A stretch of DNA of 63,996 bases, counting the filler. It is 12 parts of 12 records of this genome, joined end to end, with 100 filler letters (N's around TTAATTAATTAA, not from the genome) between each part and the next. Parts side by side here need not be neighbours in the genome. Positions count along the whole stretch, not along the records: positions 18,676 to 23,380 come from SRR15195285_3292; positions 23,481 to 28,737 come from SRR15195285_3296; positions 28,838 to 33,789 come from SRR15195285_3297; 9 more parts are not named here. One strand, written 5' to 3'. Position numbers and translations under genes: made by a program. Positions 23,102 through 33,889 of this stretch are shown here, in pieces (within the stretch, counting starts at the first letter, position 1; the number at the start of each line of letters is the position of its first letter). The notes below the pieces were generated by a model. That model was not told the DNA's origin. It did no database searches and saw nothing but the letters and a program-made list of their open reading frames with translations.

Positions 23102-23480
23102 GCACTTAAACTATCGCTTCCGGTACGTGTTTGCTGACGCGCGGCCCGAGAAAAGATACGCCGCCGCTGGCCCTAGGCTGCGAAGGGATAATTGCAAGAG
23201 GGGCTGCAGACTCCGGTGCCCTACTACATGGTGGTGAGTGGAGCAGAGGCAGCTCCCAGCCCAGCTCAGGGTTGACTCGCGCGGTGAGTGTACGGCAGTA
23301 CTCGTATTGGCATACGCGGTAGGGCAATAGGTCAGGTCATCCTGTGCGTGCGCACTTCACCGTCGGACACTCCCCATGTCNNNNNNNNNNNNNNNNNNNN
23401 NNNNNNNNNNNNNNNNNNNNNNNNTTAATTAATTAANNNNNNNNNNNNNNNNNNNNNNNNNNNNNNNNNNNNNNNNNNNN

Positions 23481-24307
23481 AGCCAGAGCCAGAGCCAGAG
23501 CCAGAGGCAGCGCCAGCAATGCCGGTACCAGTGCCACGGCCACCATCACAGCTTCCGGCACGGATGCCATATCGTGTGGAAAGGGACGGCGGCGTCGACC
23601 AGAGCAAGGACGACCTGCTTGACGTGAGAGCGGCGCAGTTCAACGCAGCGACGAGGTTGCAGGCACGTGTCAGAGGGCGACAAGCTCGAGCTAGACACAG
23701 GATAGTCACGGCACCATTGGTGTCTCTCTCTCTTGAATTTCTGAGACCCGGTCCGTCAACAACTGACACGCCAGCGCAGCCCGTGCAGCTGTCATGTCCT
23801 GGGATCAGCGCCAGCTGGAGTGGCAGCGAAGGAGTGAGTGCACCCAAGTGCGACTTGGTCGCGACCATGCCCCTGTGCGCTGATGGCCCACTCCAGGATG
23901 CTGCTGCATTGCGGGGTAACGTGGCGTTGATCGAGCGGGGCGGCTCTAATTCGTTCAGTGAGAAGGCTAGAGTTGCGGCCAGGGCGGGGGCAGTCGCGGT
24001 CATCTTCATCAACAACCAACCCGGGACGGAGATGGTAGCACCGATGGCTTCTGCAAGAGAAGCGAGTCACCCTCCACTAGCAATACCTGCTGTTTGCATC
24101 GCACAGAAGCACGGCAAGCGGCTGCGAGAGTTGCTCCACGAAGTCGACACAGATGCACAACAGTCTGCTTTTCATTATTGTGGACCTGCTAGCAAGGGAG
24201 CAGGTGCTGCTGTGTCGGTCAGATGGAGCGTACTCACTTTCGATTGGGCAGCCCGCCGCATCCAGAACTCGTGGAGGCGCCGCTCAGCGAGCCACGGCGC
24301 CAATTGA
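23481..24307 (+). CDS. IQ-motif plus PA (protease-associated) domain protein, 5'-truncated at an (EP)n repeat
   Basis: AATRLQARVRGRQAR (IQ); LRGNVALIERGG..SFSEKARVAARAGAVAVIFINN..IPAVCI (PA); AARRIQNSWRRR (IQ). Confidence 0.8.
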
Positions 24308-24656
24308 CTGGACAATGAATCACATCCAATCATGACAGTTGTATCGCAGCCACTGTGGCTGACGTGTGCTGAGTCTTTTTGGTGCGGAAGTGCCGACACG
24401 TCAATCTTGTCACCAGGTGCGTACGAGGGCATCTGGGCGAGCAAGAGTACCGGTACCCACACAGTTTTTATCGATATATCGACATAATCGCCTTTTTGCA
24501 CCATACTCGGCCACGCAAAGCACAGGAGGAGTAGAATGCGATGAGGCACAATTGTGAACGAATAGCTGCATAATTACATTAAACGACAACCAAGCGCCCT
24601 GAAAAAGTATTTCCGCCTTTGTGATCTTCTTCCTGCCACTCATGTGGACACTTTCG

Positions 24657-27600
24657 TTACTTTTTGCGGCCTGCCAACGCCCGTACATGCGCTGCAGCAT
24701 TTGTGGCTAACACCTACGAGAAAACGACACCAATGCGCGCACAATTTCACATGACTAATATCGTATGGCGACACAGTTCGCTCACTCACCTCCCTGTCGA
24801 AGACCCACTTCCCCCCTTGCTCCTTCAGCTCACCGTAGCCACCCTCTAATACGGAGACAATTTTACCTGCATGCATTGTCTACTGTCAGTTCGATGATAC
24901 TTGGGGCAGAACATCCGCAAATCAAACCCACGCACCTTCGCAGCACATATTTGCAACCTGCCGGAATTAACGCAACCGAGAATCTGCGGTTAGGTCATGG
25001 TACAAGAAACAAAATTTTGCAGGCCGTAGACGCACGCCCATAATCTGTTCCGTCATCCAAGCGAAGTCATCTGGCCGCAGGTCTAGGCCACGTGGAATGT
25101 CATCCTCATTTAGCTTGCGGTTGCCTTGGTCCCGATTTCCACCTAGTCGCAGAGCCATGCATGTTTTAAAAGCTATTCACGCAAAAAGATTCGCATGACC
25201 AAAAGCATACGCACCATCAAATCCCGAGGATAATAACACTAAGTCTGGATGAAATGCTCGCAGCGCAGGGATCAACCGCCGTCGTATCTGATCCTTAAAT
25301 CCAGCGCGGCCGCGTGGGCCCACCTCACCTGCAGCGTTTTGCACTGGGGTCGAGGCTGGGGTCGAGGCTTTATCTGAAGCCATTTCAGCCGCAGCTGCTT
25401 GTGCCTCCGCAACCTTCGGAGACTTCTTGCGGGTGCGCTTCGGGCTTGGGACCTTCGGGCTTGGGACCTTCGGCTTCTTCCAAAGTGGTACCAGTGGTGC
25501 GTTTATAACCTGGCATTGATGTGGCATCACAAGCAATAGTTGTAACGCCCACTGGGAGACCACAAAACTGAGCGTAACTAGTGCACACCATTTTGGTTAC
25601 GTCGTCATGCGCTCCTGTTCCGGGATAGAATTCCCACTCGTCCTCTTGCGCCGCTTCGGGCCGCCGCCGCGCAGCAGCTGAGGAGTGTGGAACATCACCG
25701 CCCTCTAACGTTGCATACAGGTCGGGCTGCTCCACACAGTCGCGGCAACTGTCGAACAAGTGAACGCTGAAGAAGAACAAACGATCTGCGAGCGAGCCAT
25801 CTTCACCCCTGCCACGCTTCGGATCACATACTACATCAACCACTCCCTGTGTCATCAGCCATTGATCTCGTCAGTTGTGCATGATGTTAGCAATGCACGG
25901 AGGGCATTGGCTGTGTTGACAAACCTGCGTGCCGTTGCCATGATGAACATCGAAATCAATAATCGCCACGCGCCGGCAATCCTTTCGTTTGCGCAACGCA
26001 TGCAGCGCGCCCACCTGAAATCAATAATCATCACACACCAATATGGCATATATTGTCAAGCGAAAGACTTCATTTGACATGGCCATTGATTTGACATGGC
26101 CCTTGATATTGCTGGCGCAAGCAAGCAACCGCTACCGCACCATCACGTTGTTGAACAAGCAGAACCCACAAGAGACAGCATCGTCTAGCAAACCAGAAGG
26201 ACCTGCGTGATGGCCCGGTGGTCTCACACAGCAAAAAACATTCCGCTGCTTGCCGTCCATCACCGCGTTTACCGCTGCCACCACTGAGCCTGCTGCACGC
26301 GTTGCGGCCTGTAACGAACCCGGGGTAAAGTGGGTGTCGGACATGTCACCAGCCTTGGGCTGCTCCTTCTGAAAAATTGAAATAGAACGCTGCCTGAAAA
26401 GTCCGGACATTTACACTTTTCCTCAGTGTGGATTCACATCAGAGCGGTTTCGTTGAAAGCATTGCACGCACACGTGTGGTGTGAAAGGAACTGCTTCGCC
26501 ATTGCTTGCGACCTCCTCTGACAAAGTCTGTACAAACTCCAAGTACCTGCAACAGGTGAGGCACACAAATCAGGACAGCTTTTTCTTCGGCAGTAGGCAA
26601 ATCTGTAAGGTAACACTGACTGCGAGAACAGCCATGGCGCACTCTTTTGTGTGAGCCTGAGCAAGCAGCTCGAACGATGCCTCCTGAAAGTCAGACGAAA
26701 TTTCAAGCTCGTGCTTCTCAAATACGCGTATATTCTGCAGCCTCTGCATGATTGCCGTGAGCCGCCCCGGCGCTTCCTGCAACACAGCAGCATATCAGAT
26801 AGCCCAGTGGTTATCAAACTAAAGTGTCTTCTAGATTCCAGGCGCAGTGGATTAATGGAAAAGAACACTTCGTTGCTGCTGTTACTTGGTGGTAGTCGGG
26901 AGTTGCGTGGCCGAGACAATCATCGTGATAGAGAATCAGCGTCCTCTGCTGAGGGTCCAAAGTGAGGATCTGCGCCACAAACCACACCGTTTGTCCTCAA
27001 TGTGCGGGGACAGTGCCGGTCTAGAACGCCGAATGGGGCCTGAGCACGACAGTTTGTGTTGGTCGTCACCTGCTTGCGGACGGCTGTGCGTGCTTTCAAG
27101 TTCGTCTTCCCATCATAGTGTCCTGCCATGTCGAGGGCAGTGAGGTAGTGCTCATTGCGCAACTTTATATCGGCACCCAGCCTCACCAGCTCCTCCACAC
27201 AGTCCGGCTGCCACAGCAGCATTGCGATGAAGCATTAGCTATCTAAAGGATCACACACGTGCAGTGTGTGCCGGCAACAGGAATGGCTGACATAACCGGC
27301 AGTGATGTAATGCGCCTGCTGTTTGCGCACCCAGCCTAGCCTAGCAGAGCGGTGCAGTGGTGCCTCTCCGGATTTACACAGAACGTTCACATCGATCCCG
27401 GCGTTGACGAGTGGAGCCATAACATCCATCAAGCCTGCCAATATCCACGCCAATCGAAGATGAAAAAAGATGCGCTGCGGTGCTCATCGCCAGCGCAGGG
27501 GCCGCAAGCACAGGCTACAACTACTACAGATGCTAAGCGTTTCTGCGCACCGATCGCGGCTGCCCAGTGCAACGCGGTGTAGCCGTCATCATCCGCCTTT

Positions 27601-28588
27601 GATGCATCAGCCCCACTCTTCAGAAGAAGTTGCAGTAGGCCGACTCGGGACTCGGAAGAAGTTGTGCGTGGCAGTCCAGCCACACTCATCAGCACTACGC
27701 AGCAAGCAAGTCCGTGGCAAGGTCAGCCAGAAAGCCTTAGAGAGCCGCAAGGGGCCGAGGCGTGTCCACAGTACGATCGATTGCCATCAAATGTACGCAC
27801 TGGAAAAACCTGTTTCGTTCTCCATGTTGACCCAGAGCTGCTGAGTCGTTGGTGGCTCCGCTGCGAGGATCTTCGTTGCGCCCTCGAGGTCCTGTTGCCG
27901 TGAATACAGCAGCCCAATATCACGTTATCTTTCAGGGTGGCATGCGAGTAAAGAAGATGTGTCGAGGGCGTGGAGGAGGAAATATGACTTGCAAGGAACG
28001 CAGCTGCCTCACCGCTTCCTCGACGCACTGCTGGAGCTGTTTCTGCGCAGCGCTCATCTGCGGGGTGGCCGGCAGTCGTGGGGTCGTTGGGACTCTTGCC
28101 GGTGGCATCGCGAAGGGGCCGTCGAAGTCGCCAACCACACCGAAGGCCGCTGTGGCGTTGGCATCTGGCGTCGCTGGCTGCAGCGCAAGCTCAGGCGGCC
28201 TCTTGCGCTCAGTGCTAGCTGAGCGGCCGTATGTGCCACCGCTGGACGAGGAGCCGCCAGAGGAGCCGCCAGAGGAGCTGCTGCGTGGCATGGCTGGCGG
28301 AGGCATGGCATCTGTGTCGAGCACCAGCTCGAGACTGGCACCGGTGCCATTGTCACCGCTGCTAGCAGCTCCCTCATCGGCAGACGCCCCAAGGACCGCG
28401 AAGGTGTTCTCTGTGTCGAGCGATGCCGTAGTGAGATGTGGCGTGAGGCCACTGGAACCCTGCTGAGTCAGCTTCACCTCTGTATCGTCCTCGCTGGCTG
28501 CGTGGCGCCGTCGCTTCGCTGGCGACTCTGCAGCAGCCGCGGCTGCCTCGCGGTTGTCCTTCGACTCCGGATCCGAGTTCAGCAGCAT
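24657..28588 (-). CDS. Ankyrin-repeat class II-type histone deacetylase, multi-exon
   Basis: Ankyrin exons GADASKADDDGYTALHWAA, GEAPLHRSARLG, LTALDMA. HDAC motifs EAPGRL, RPPGHHA, GFCLFNNV, IIDFDVHHGNGTQ, FYPGTG, SSGFDG, VLEGGY. Last exon VLATNAAAHVRALAGRKK-TAA. Confidence 0.88.
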
Positions 28589-29064
28589 CGCCCCTGTCGG
28601 CCCACCAGCGACGCACACGAAGAATTCACGGGCGGGCTGACTGCGCGCTGCCACGCCATCTACTACACAACACAGTGCACAGAGGAGACAGCAGAGTGCA
28701 GGCAGGCAGACACACAGACACACAGACACACACAGAGNNNNNNNNNNNNNNNNNNNNNNNNNNNNNNNNNNNNNNNNNNNNTTAATTAATTAANNNNNNN
28801 NNNNNNNNNNNNNNNNNNNNNNNNNNNNNNNNNNNNNTGTCTCATCAGCCCCGGTCCCGTTCTACCAGCTACACTAATCTAGTAAACTAGTATGCGTGTA
28901 CGGTACAGACTCTGTACCTCGTAGCTTCGTTCTCAGAGGCAGGTGTTGCACAGGGCATCGAGGGCAAGTGAGCCTTTAGGTGGTGCGCATTGCTAACGAC
29001 GTACGCCGCACAACGGCAACCTGGAAGATCAAATATCGGCGAGTATAAGCGTGACGGGTCGCAG

Positions 29065-30130
29065 ATGGGGCTTAATCCAGAGTAGTACGTCCGTTGCGCG
29101 TGACATTGGCTTGCGCTTACCCGCTGCTGACCGTCCCGGGCCCGCCATGATGCCGACGCGATGCGCGCAGCGACTACTTGTTCAAGTTGCTTTTGATTGG
29201 CGACTCCGGCGTGGGCAAGTCGTGCTTGCTGCTGCGGTTCGCCGATGATACTTACACCGAGAGCTACATCAGTACCATTGGGGTGGACTTCGTGAGTGCG
29301 GCGAATTCGCTGGCTGGCTGTGGTCTCGGCTCGCAATGCTGACGCGTTCTGCTGGACTGCTTGCAGAAAATCCGCACAATCGACCTGGATGGCAAGACCA
29401 TCAAGCTGCAAATATGGGACACCGCTGGACAGGAGCGCTTCCGGACAATCACCAGCAGCTACTACCGCGGAGCGCACGGTATCATCGTTGTTTACGACGT
29501 AACAGATACGGATTCGTTCGACAACGTCAAGCAGTGGCTGCACGAGATTGACAGGTGCGCGTGCGAGAACGTGAACAAATTGCTCGTAGGGAACAAGAGC
29601 GACCTCACTACCAAGAAAGCAGTTGACTATAACACAGCGAAGGTCCGTCGTAGCCCTTCAGACCGCTGATTGACACAGCTAATGCTCACCACAAGTCTGC
29701 TACGCCCAGGAATATGCGGACGAGCTGGGGATCCCATTCTTGGAGACGTCAGCGAAAAGTGAGGGGTTGTGTGATTCTTGCTGGTCTCACTCAATCATTG
29801 TAGCACTGACTCCTGCTGTGTGCGTGATACAAGATGCTACCAATGTTGAGGCAGCATTCATGACGATGGCGGCAGAAATCAAAAACCGGATGGCGTCCAC
29901 ACCGTCCGCTGCGAAGGTGCGCAGACACAGCCTGAGTGCCAGGCTCACCACAGTCAGCCCTGACTTTCACTCTGTGCGCGCAGGGGGCGAACAAGACTAA
30001 CATTACAGTAACGAATACAGTTGCTGCATCTTCTGCGAAAGGTACGAGCCCGTCACGATTCTATGAGAGCCCCTTCCCGGCCCGCGGACTATGAGTGCCT
30101 CGCCGATGATCTGCAGGTGGATGTTGTTGA
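29065..30130 (+). CDS. RAB1: Rab1/Ypt1 small GTPase, complete, 7 exons
   Basis: Exons 29065-29084, 29171-29291, 29367-29642, 29710-29758, 29834-29916, 29984-30041 and 30117-30130 give [71 protein letters not shown]. All introns are GT-AG. Confidence 0.97.
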
Positions 30131-30522
30131 GGCCAGCCAACGAACACTGAATGTTCTCTATCTGCGGCGAGGGATTGTGTAGAATCTAAATCAGTCTTTT
30201 TGCTGGGCACTCTCGTTAGACATACTGATTTCTTTTGACGCCGCACTCAGAGACACACAGGCTTGCGAACACCCCGCCCCGTCAGCTTTGTAGGCTGGAC
30301 TTTTATCACTCCCTCGTGGAACATCGCCGCAGGAAATAATAAGTGCACCCTATGAGCCCCTGTGTGCGCAATTTCCACGTTCACCTTACAGTACATTTTT
30401 GCGTTGGCAACCCACGGCTGCGGGTGTTCAGGGATAATAGTTGCGAAGGGTTGCACTTCGAAGGACAGTAGCTGCGGCTCCTGGCATTCCGAGTTATTGG
30501 AAGGACGAGAGTGTTGCCGCAG

Positions 30523-33500
30523 CTAGTTGGCCCATGCAACAGCTGCACGATCGTCAATCGATGAAAGGTCTGGTGGCCGTGAATGCCCTAGCTGCTGAGG
30601 CCTCTGCTGAGACCCAAATGACGTCCCAGGGTGTCCGCTCTGTCCACGAACAGGCGGGAGTGGGCGAAATGGGTTATCCTCCGATCTTGAGTACTGATAG
30701 TCCGGTTCAAGGTTTGATGCGGCGGTCTCTAATGGGTCGTTTACCAAGGGTGGAAGAGACCCGAAGCTCGGGTCTTGCTTAGCGTTGGGCAGCGCCATAT
30801 GCGCTTTCCGAATCATAGATCCCAGGCTCACGAAGTTGGTGCGCGGCTGAACAAGGACGTCGCGCGTCCCGCCAGCGTGCGCTTTCCTGTCACCGCTCTC
30901 AGAGTACAGGCCGATCGAAAGAATCGGGTCGTGGAAGCTGGGAGAATTCACTGCAGGTGTGGTGGCGCGCAACACAATCGGCATCATCACTCTGCGGATC
31001 CTGTTCATATTGCTATGGCCACGCAGCACGCGCATAAACCTCCTCCCCAACCTTCCTCGATAACACCGCTGTACATACTTGGCGGCCTCCAGATCGTGCT
31101 TTTTGACAACAAGCACCTCCATCTTATACAGACACGTCGACAGAACTGGCGTCGAGGCCATGCTGGGCAAACTGCTGCGCAATCTACGCAGCTCAGGGCC
31201 GAACGAAAGCCGGTCAACCCTGCACTTCAGCGAGCTGATCGCTAGGCGACGACCTTGTCTGCCGCGCACAATTTTCTGAATCAGGGTGGCACAGAGTTGT
31301 TTGATCTTGATCAACCAAGAGAAGCGCCTCACTTGAGGATTCAGTAGTGGGATGAGCATTTGCTGCGAGAAATGACTCAAAGAGCACAAGTCAACGTCTC
31401 GTTGGAGTGGTGCGTCCAACAGGAGCGAGCTAACCAACATCCAGTCGTAGCGTGCGCCCAGGAGCTGCAGGACTTGCTTTCGACTCAACAGCCCGCGCAC
31501 ATTTTTCTGAATAACGACAGCAGCTCGACGACGGCGTTCTTTGACAACCCTCCGTCTAGCTGTAACGCCGCGAAAATGTTTTTGCACGCGGACTGCAGCA
31601 GCCTCGATCACCTCAATTTTGTGCTCGTACGAAGAAACCATCTTCGCAATCACGTTCTGCCTGTACTCCTCGCGAAGTCTGTCTGCTTCTGCAGCAAACC
31701 ATCTCCGCGTCAGCTTGGCGCGCCACGATGCCTGGATGTGCACAGCTGCAATCTCTTGTTTACGGAGCATTAATGCGCTCTCGAAATCATCCCTCGATAT
31801 GGACATTCGACAGAGCGCTTGCAGCAAAATCCCTGCCCTAGAGCGAGCGTTGTGCTCGGCCAGGTCGAGGCGGTACCGGCATTGTGCCTTGTGCTGGCGC
31901 CATGTTGACTGTATCATGACTGCAGCGGCCACGTGCAAGCGCTGAGTATCGAATGTCTGCATGTCCACGAAGCACCTGCAGCACACCTGCAGGATCACGG
32001 CGCAACGGTTCTCAAGCTCCTGTTCTCTGCGGAGTGCGTCTGCCCTACGCCTAGCTTGCTTCCCTCGAAACCTAGCTTGCAGCTTGACAGCCGTGTTGAA
32101 TAGCACGCGACGCTGGCGCTCTCTTCGGGCCTGCTTCATTCTCCACAAACTCTGCATGTACAGGATTGACTCATTTCTTTTCATCAGTGTAGTCTTGTAT
32201 TTTCGCATGCACGAATGTCGTCGCCAGTTTTTCTGGATCATCACGGCTGCGTCCGTACGGACTTGCAAGGCTCGAGCTTCGCGCGCAAGCTGCACGACGC
32301 GCTTCGCCATAATGCCACGCCACCATTTCTGGATAAACACAGCCGCTGTACCTCGGCGAATATTTTCCAAGCGCTGCAAATGCGCTGCTCTGCATCCATG
32401 CATTCTCACGAGTGTCTGCAGTAGGACTGCACATGAGGTCTCTAGTTTCACACGAGCAAGCCGAGCCCTGTGCTCTGCTAGCTGCGACGAGAAAATTCTA
32501 CGCTCCATCCGGCCGCGCCACCGTGCCTGAAGAACTGCAGCGGCGTCGTGTTCTCGCTGCCGATGCTGCTTCTCCCAGTGCATGTTGAGAGCATCAAAAT
32601 ACCTCAGTCTGGCCGCTTTTCCTCTCCATGCTTTCTGTATGTACACTGCACACCTCTCCAGCCTCAGGTCCTGGACAAGTCGTCGCGTCAAGAAACCTCT
32701 GACGTCCCGCTGCAATGTGACCGCAGCCCAGATTCGCCTGCGAACCAACATGACAGATTCGCGCCCAATAAAACCTCGCCAGCACTGTTGGATGTGCACA
32801 ATTGCGCCCATGCGCCGAAGCTGCGTTGCCTGTGAGCGAGCGGCATGCAGCCGACACAGACTCTGCAAGACGATGGCAGCGCGCAGGTGAAGGTACAGCT
32901 TTCGCGCCCTACACGACCTGAAAATTGTCTGCAATCGCAAAGTCGCTTTCATGACCGCAAGTCGCTGCTTCGCAATTCTCTGCCGCACGCGATTGCTAAT
33001 TATTGTAGCGGCCTGCTCTTGCTTCCGTAGTAAATTTCTCTTCACATCGCGGCGCTGAGCCGCCTGCTTCACGATAGCCGCGACGGCTCGTGCACGCTGC
33101 TCAGTAATCCATCTTCGGCCGCAGTGACCACGCCAGTATCTTTGCAGGATCAGCGCCGACTTCATCTTGTTGCCGGTTCTAATGTGATTCAACTGCTCTC
33201 GAGCATTACGAATTTCTTGAGTATCCCTGCGCCTTCGCTGCATGGTGAGGACTGCTTGTATTGTTCTCAAGAACTGCCGTGATTTGTAGGTCTTCCACGA
33301 CGACTGAATCGTGATCGCAGCCCGCGTCCGAAGCTCTTCCAACTTGACCTTTTTCTTCTCTGCATTCTCTGCGGCTCTATCTTCGTACTCTTCCTCCAAC
33401 ATCCGCTCGTACTCTACGCGAGTCACAAATCCTCGCCAGTGCGCCTGCACCTTCTTCGCAGCCCACTTACGCTTTTGGTCCTGATATTTGCGGCCGACTG

Positions 33501-33789
33501 CTGTTCTCTCAGCTTTCGCTCGCCATGCCGTTTGTACCTTGACCACTGAGGCGAAAAGCTTGCGGTCTTTCATCAGCGGCAGTATAATCTTGCGCGCCAT
33601 ATAACCTCTCCAATTTGCCTGGATTCGGCGGACGTACGGCTCGACCAGCGTCCGCCTCGCTTTTCGCCCTCTGAACGTGGCCTGAATTCTGGTTGCTGCA
33701 ACGTGCTGCTCCCTGGAGCTTGCCATCTCTTTGACTTGCTTCCGTGCCATTCGTCCACGATAGTGTGCCTGGATGCGCCGTGCGCTGTG
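30523..33789 (-). CDS. Long IQ-repeat calmodulin-binding protein, 5'-truncated
   Basis: More than 20 IQxxxRGxxxR-type motifs (e.g. AATRIQATFRGRKAR, AAVFIQKWWRGIMAK) across ~900 aa; open to the contig end. Confidence 0.85.
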   Translation of the reverse strand, partial: HSARRIQAHYRGRMARKQVKEMASSREQHVAATRIQATFRGRKARRTLVEPYVRRIQANWRGYMARKIILPLMKDRKLFASVVKVQTAWRAKAERTAVGRKYQDQKRKWAAKKVQAHWRGFVTRVEYERMLEEEYEDRAAENAEKKKVKLEELRTRAAITIQSSWKTYKSRQFLRTIQAVLTMQRRRRDTQEIRNAREQLNHIRTGNKMKSALILQRYWRGHCGRRWITEQRARAVAAIVKQAAQRRDVKRNLLRKQEQAATIISNRVRQRIAKQRLAVMKATLRLQTIFRSCRARKLYLHLRAAIVLQSLCRLHAARSQATQLRRMGAIVHIQQCWRGFIGRESVMLVRRRIWAAVTLQRDVRGFLTRRLVQDLRLERCAVYIQKAWRGKAARLRYFDALNMHWEKQHRQREHDAAAVLQARWRGRMERRIFSSQLAEHRARLARVKLETSCAVLLQTLVRMHGCRAAHLQRLENIRRGTAAVFIQKWWRGIMAKRVVQLAREARALQVRTDAAVMIQKNWRRHSCMRKYKTTLMKRNESILYMQSLWRMKQARRERQRRVLFNTAVKLQARFRGKQARRRADALRREQELENRCAVILQVCCRCFVDMQTFDTQRLHVAAAVMIQSTWRQHKAQCRYRLDLAEHNARSRAGILLQALCRMSISRDDFESALMLRKQEIAAVHIQASWRAKLTRRWFAAEADRLREEYRQNVIAKMVSSYEHKIEVIEAAAVRVQKHFRGVTARRRVVKERRRRAAVVIQKNVRGLLSRKQVLQLLGARYDWMLVSSLLLDAPLQRDVDLCSLSHFSQQMLIPLLNPQVRRFSWLIKIKQLCATLIQKIVRGRQGRRLAISSLKCRVDRLSFGPELRRLRSSLPSMASTPVLSTCLYKMEVLVVKKHDLEAAKYVQRCYRGRLGRRFMRVLRGHSNMNRIRRVMMPIVLRATTPAVNSPSFHDPILSIGLYSESGDRKAHAGGTRDVLVQPRTNFVSLGSMIRKAHMALPNAKQDPSFGSLPPLVNDPLETAASNLEPDYQYSRSEDNPFRPLPPVRGQSGHPGTSFGSQQRPQQLGHSRPPDLSSIDDRAAVAWAN

Positions 33790-33889
33790 NNNNNNNNNNN
33801 NNNNNNNNNNNNNNNNNNNNNNNNNNNNNNNNNTTAATTAATTAANNNNNNNNNNNNNNNNNNNNNNNNNNNNNNNNNNNNNNNNNNNN

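Noticed and set aside
12039-28588. Fragmented ORFs as pseudogenes, frameshifting or an alternative genetic code
   Set aside because: Where I traced them, the breaks coincide with canonical GT-AG introns that restore conserved motifs; long ORFs translate cleanly in the standard code.
28887-29543. 218-aa minus-strand ORF
   Set aside because: Antisense shadow of Rab1. Most short ORFs in the track are likewise shadows or off-frame products of GC-rich coding DNA.
30523-33789. Naming the IQ-repeat protein ASPM or myosin
   Set aside because: No CH, ASH or motor domain is visible; the N-terminus is missing and IQ arrays are not diagnostic.
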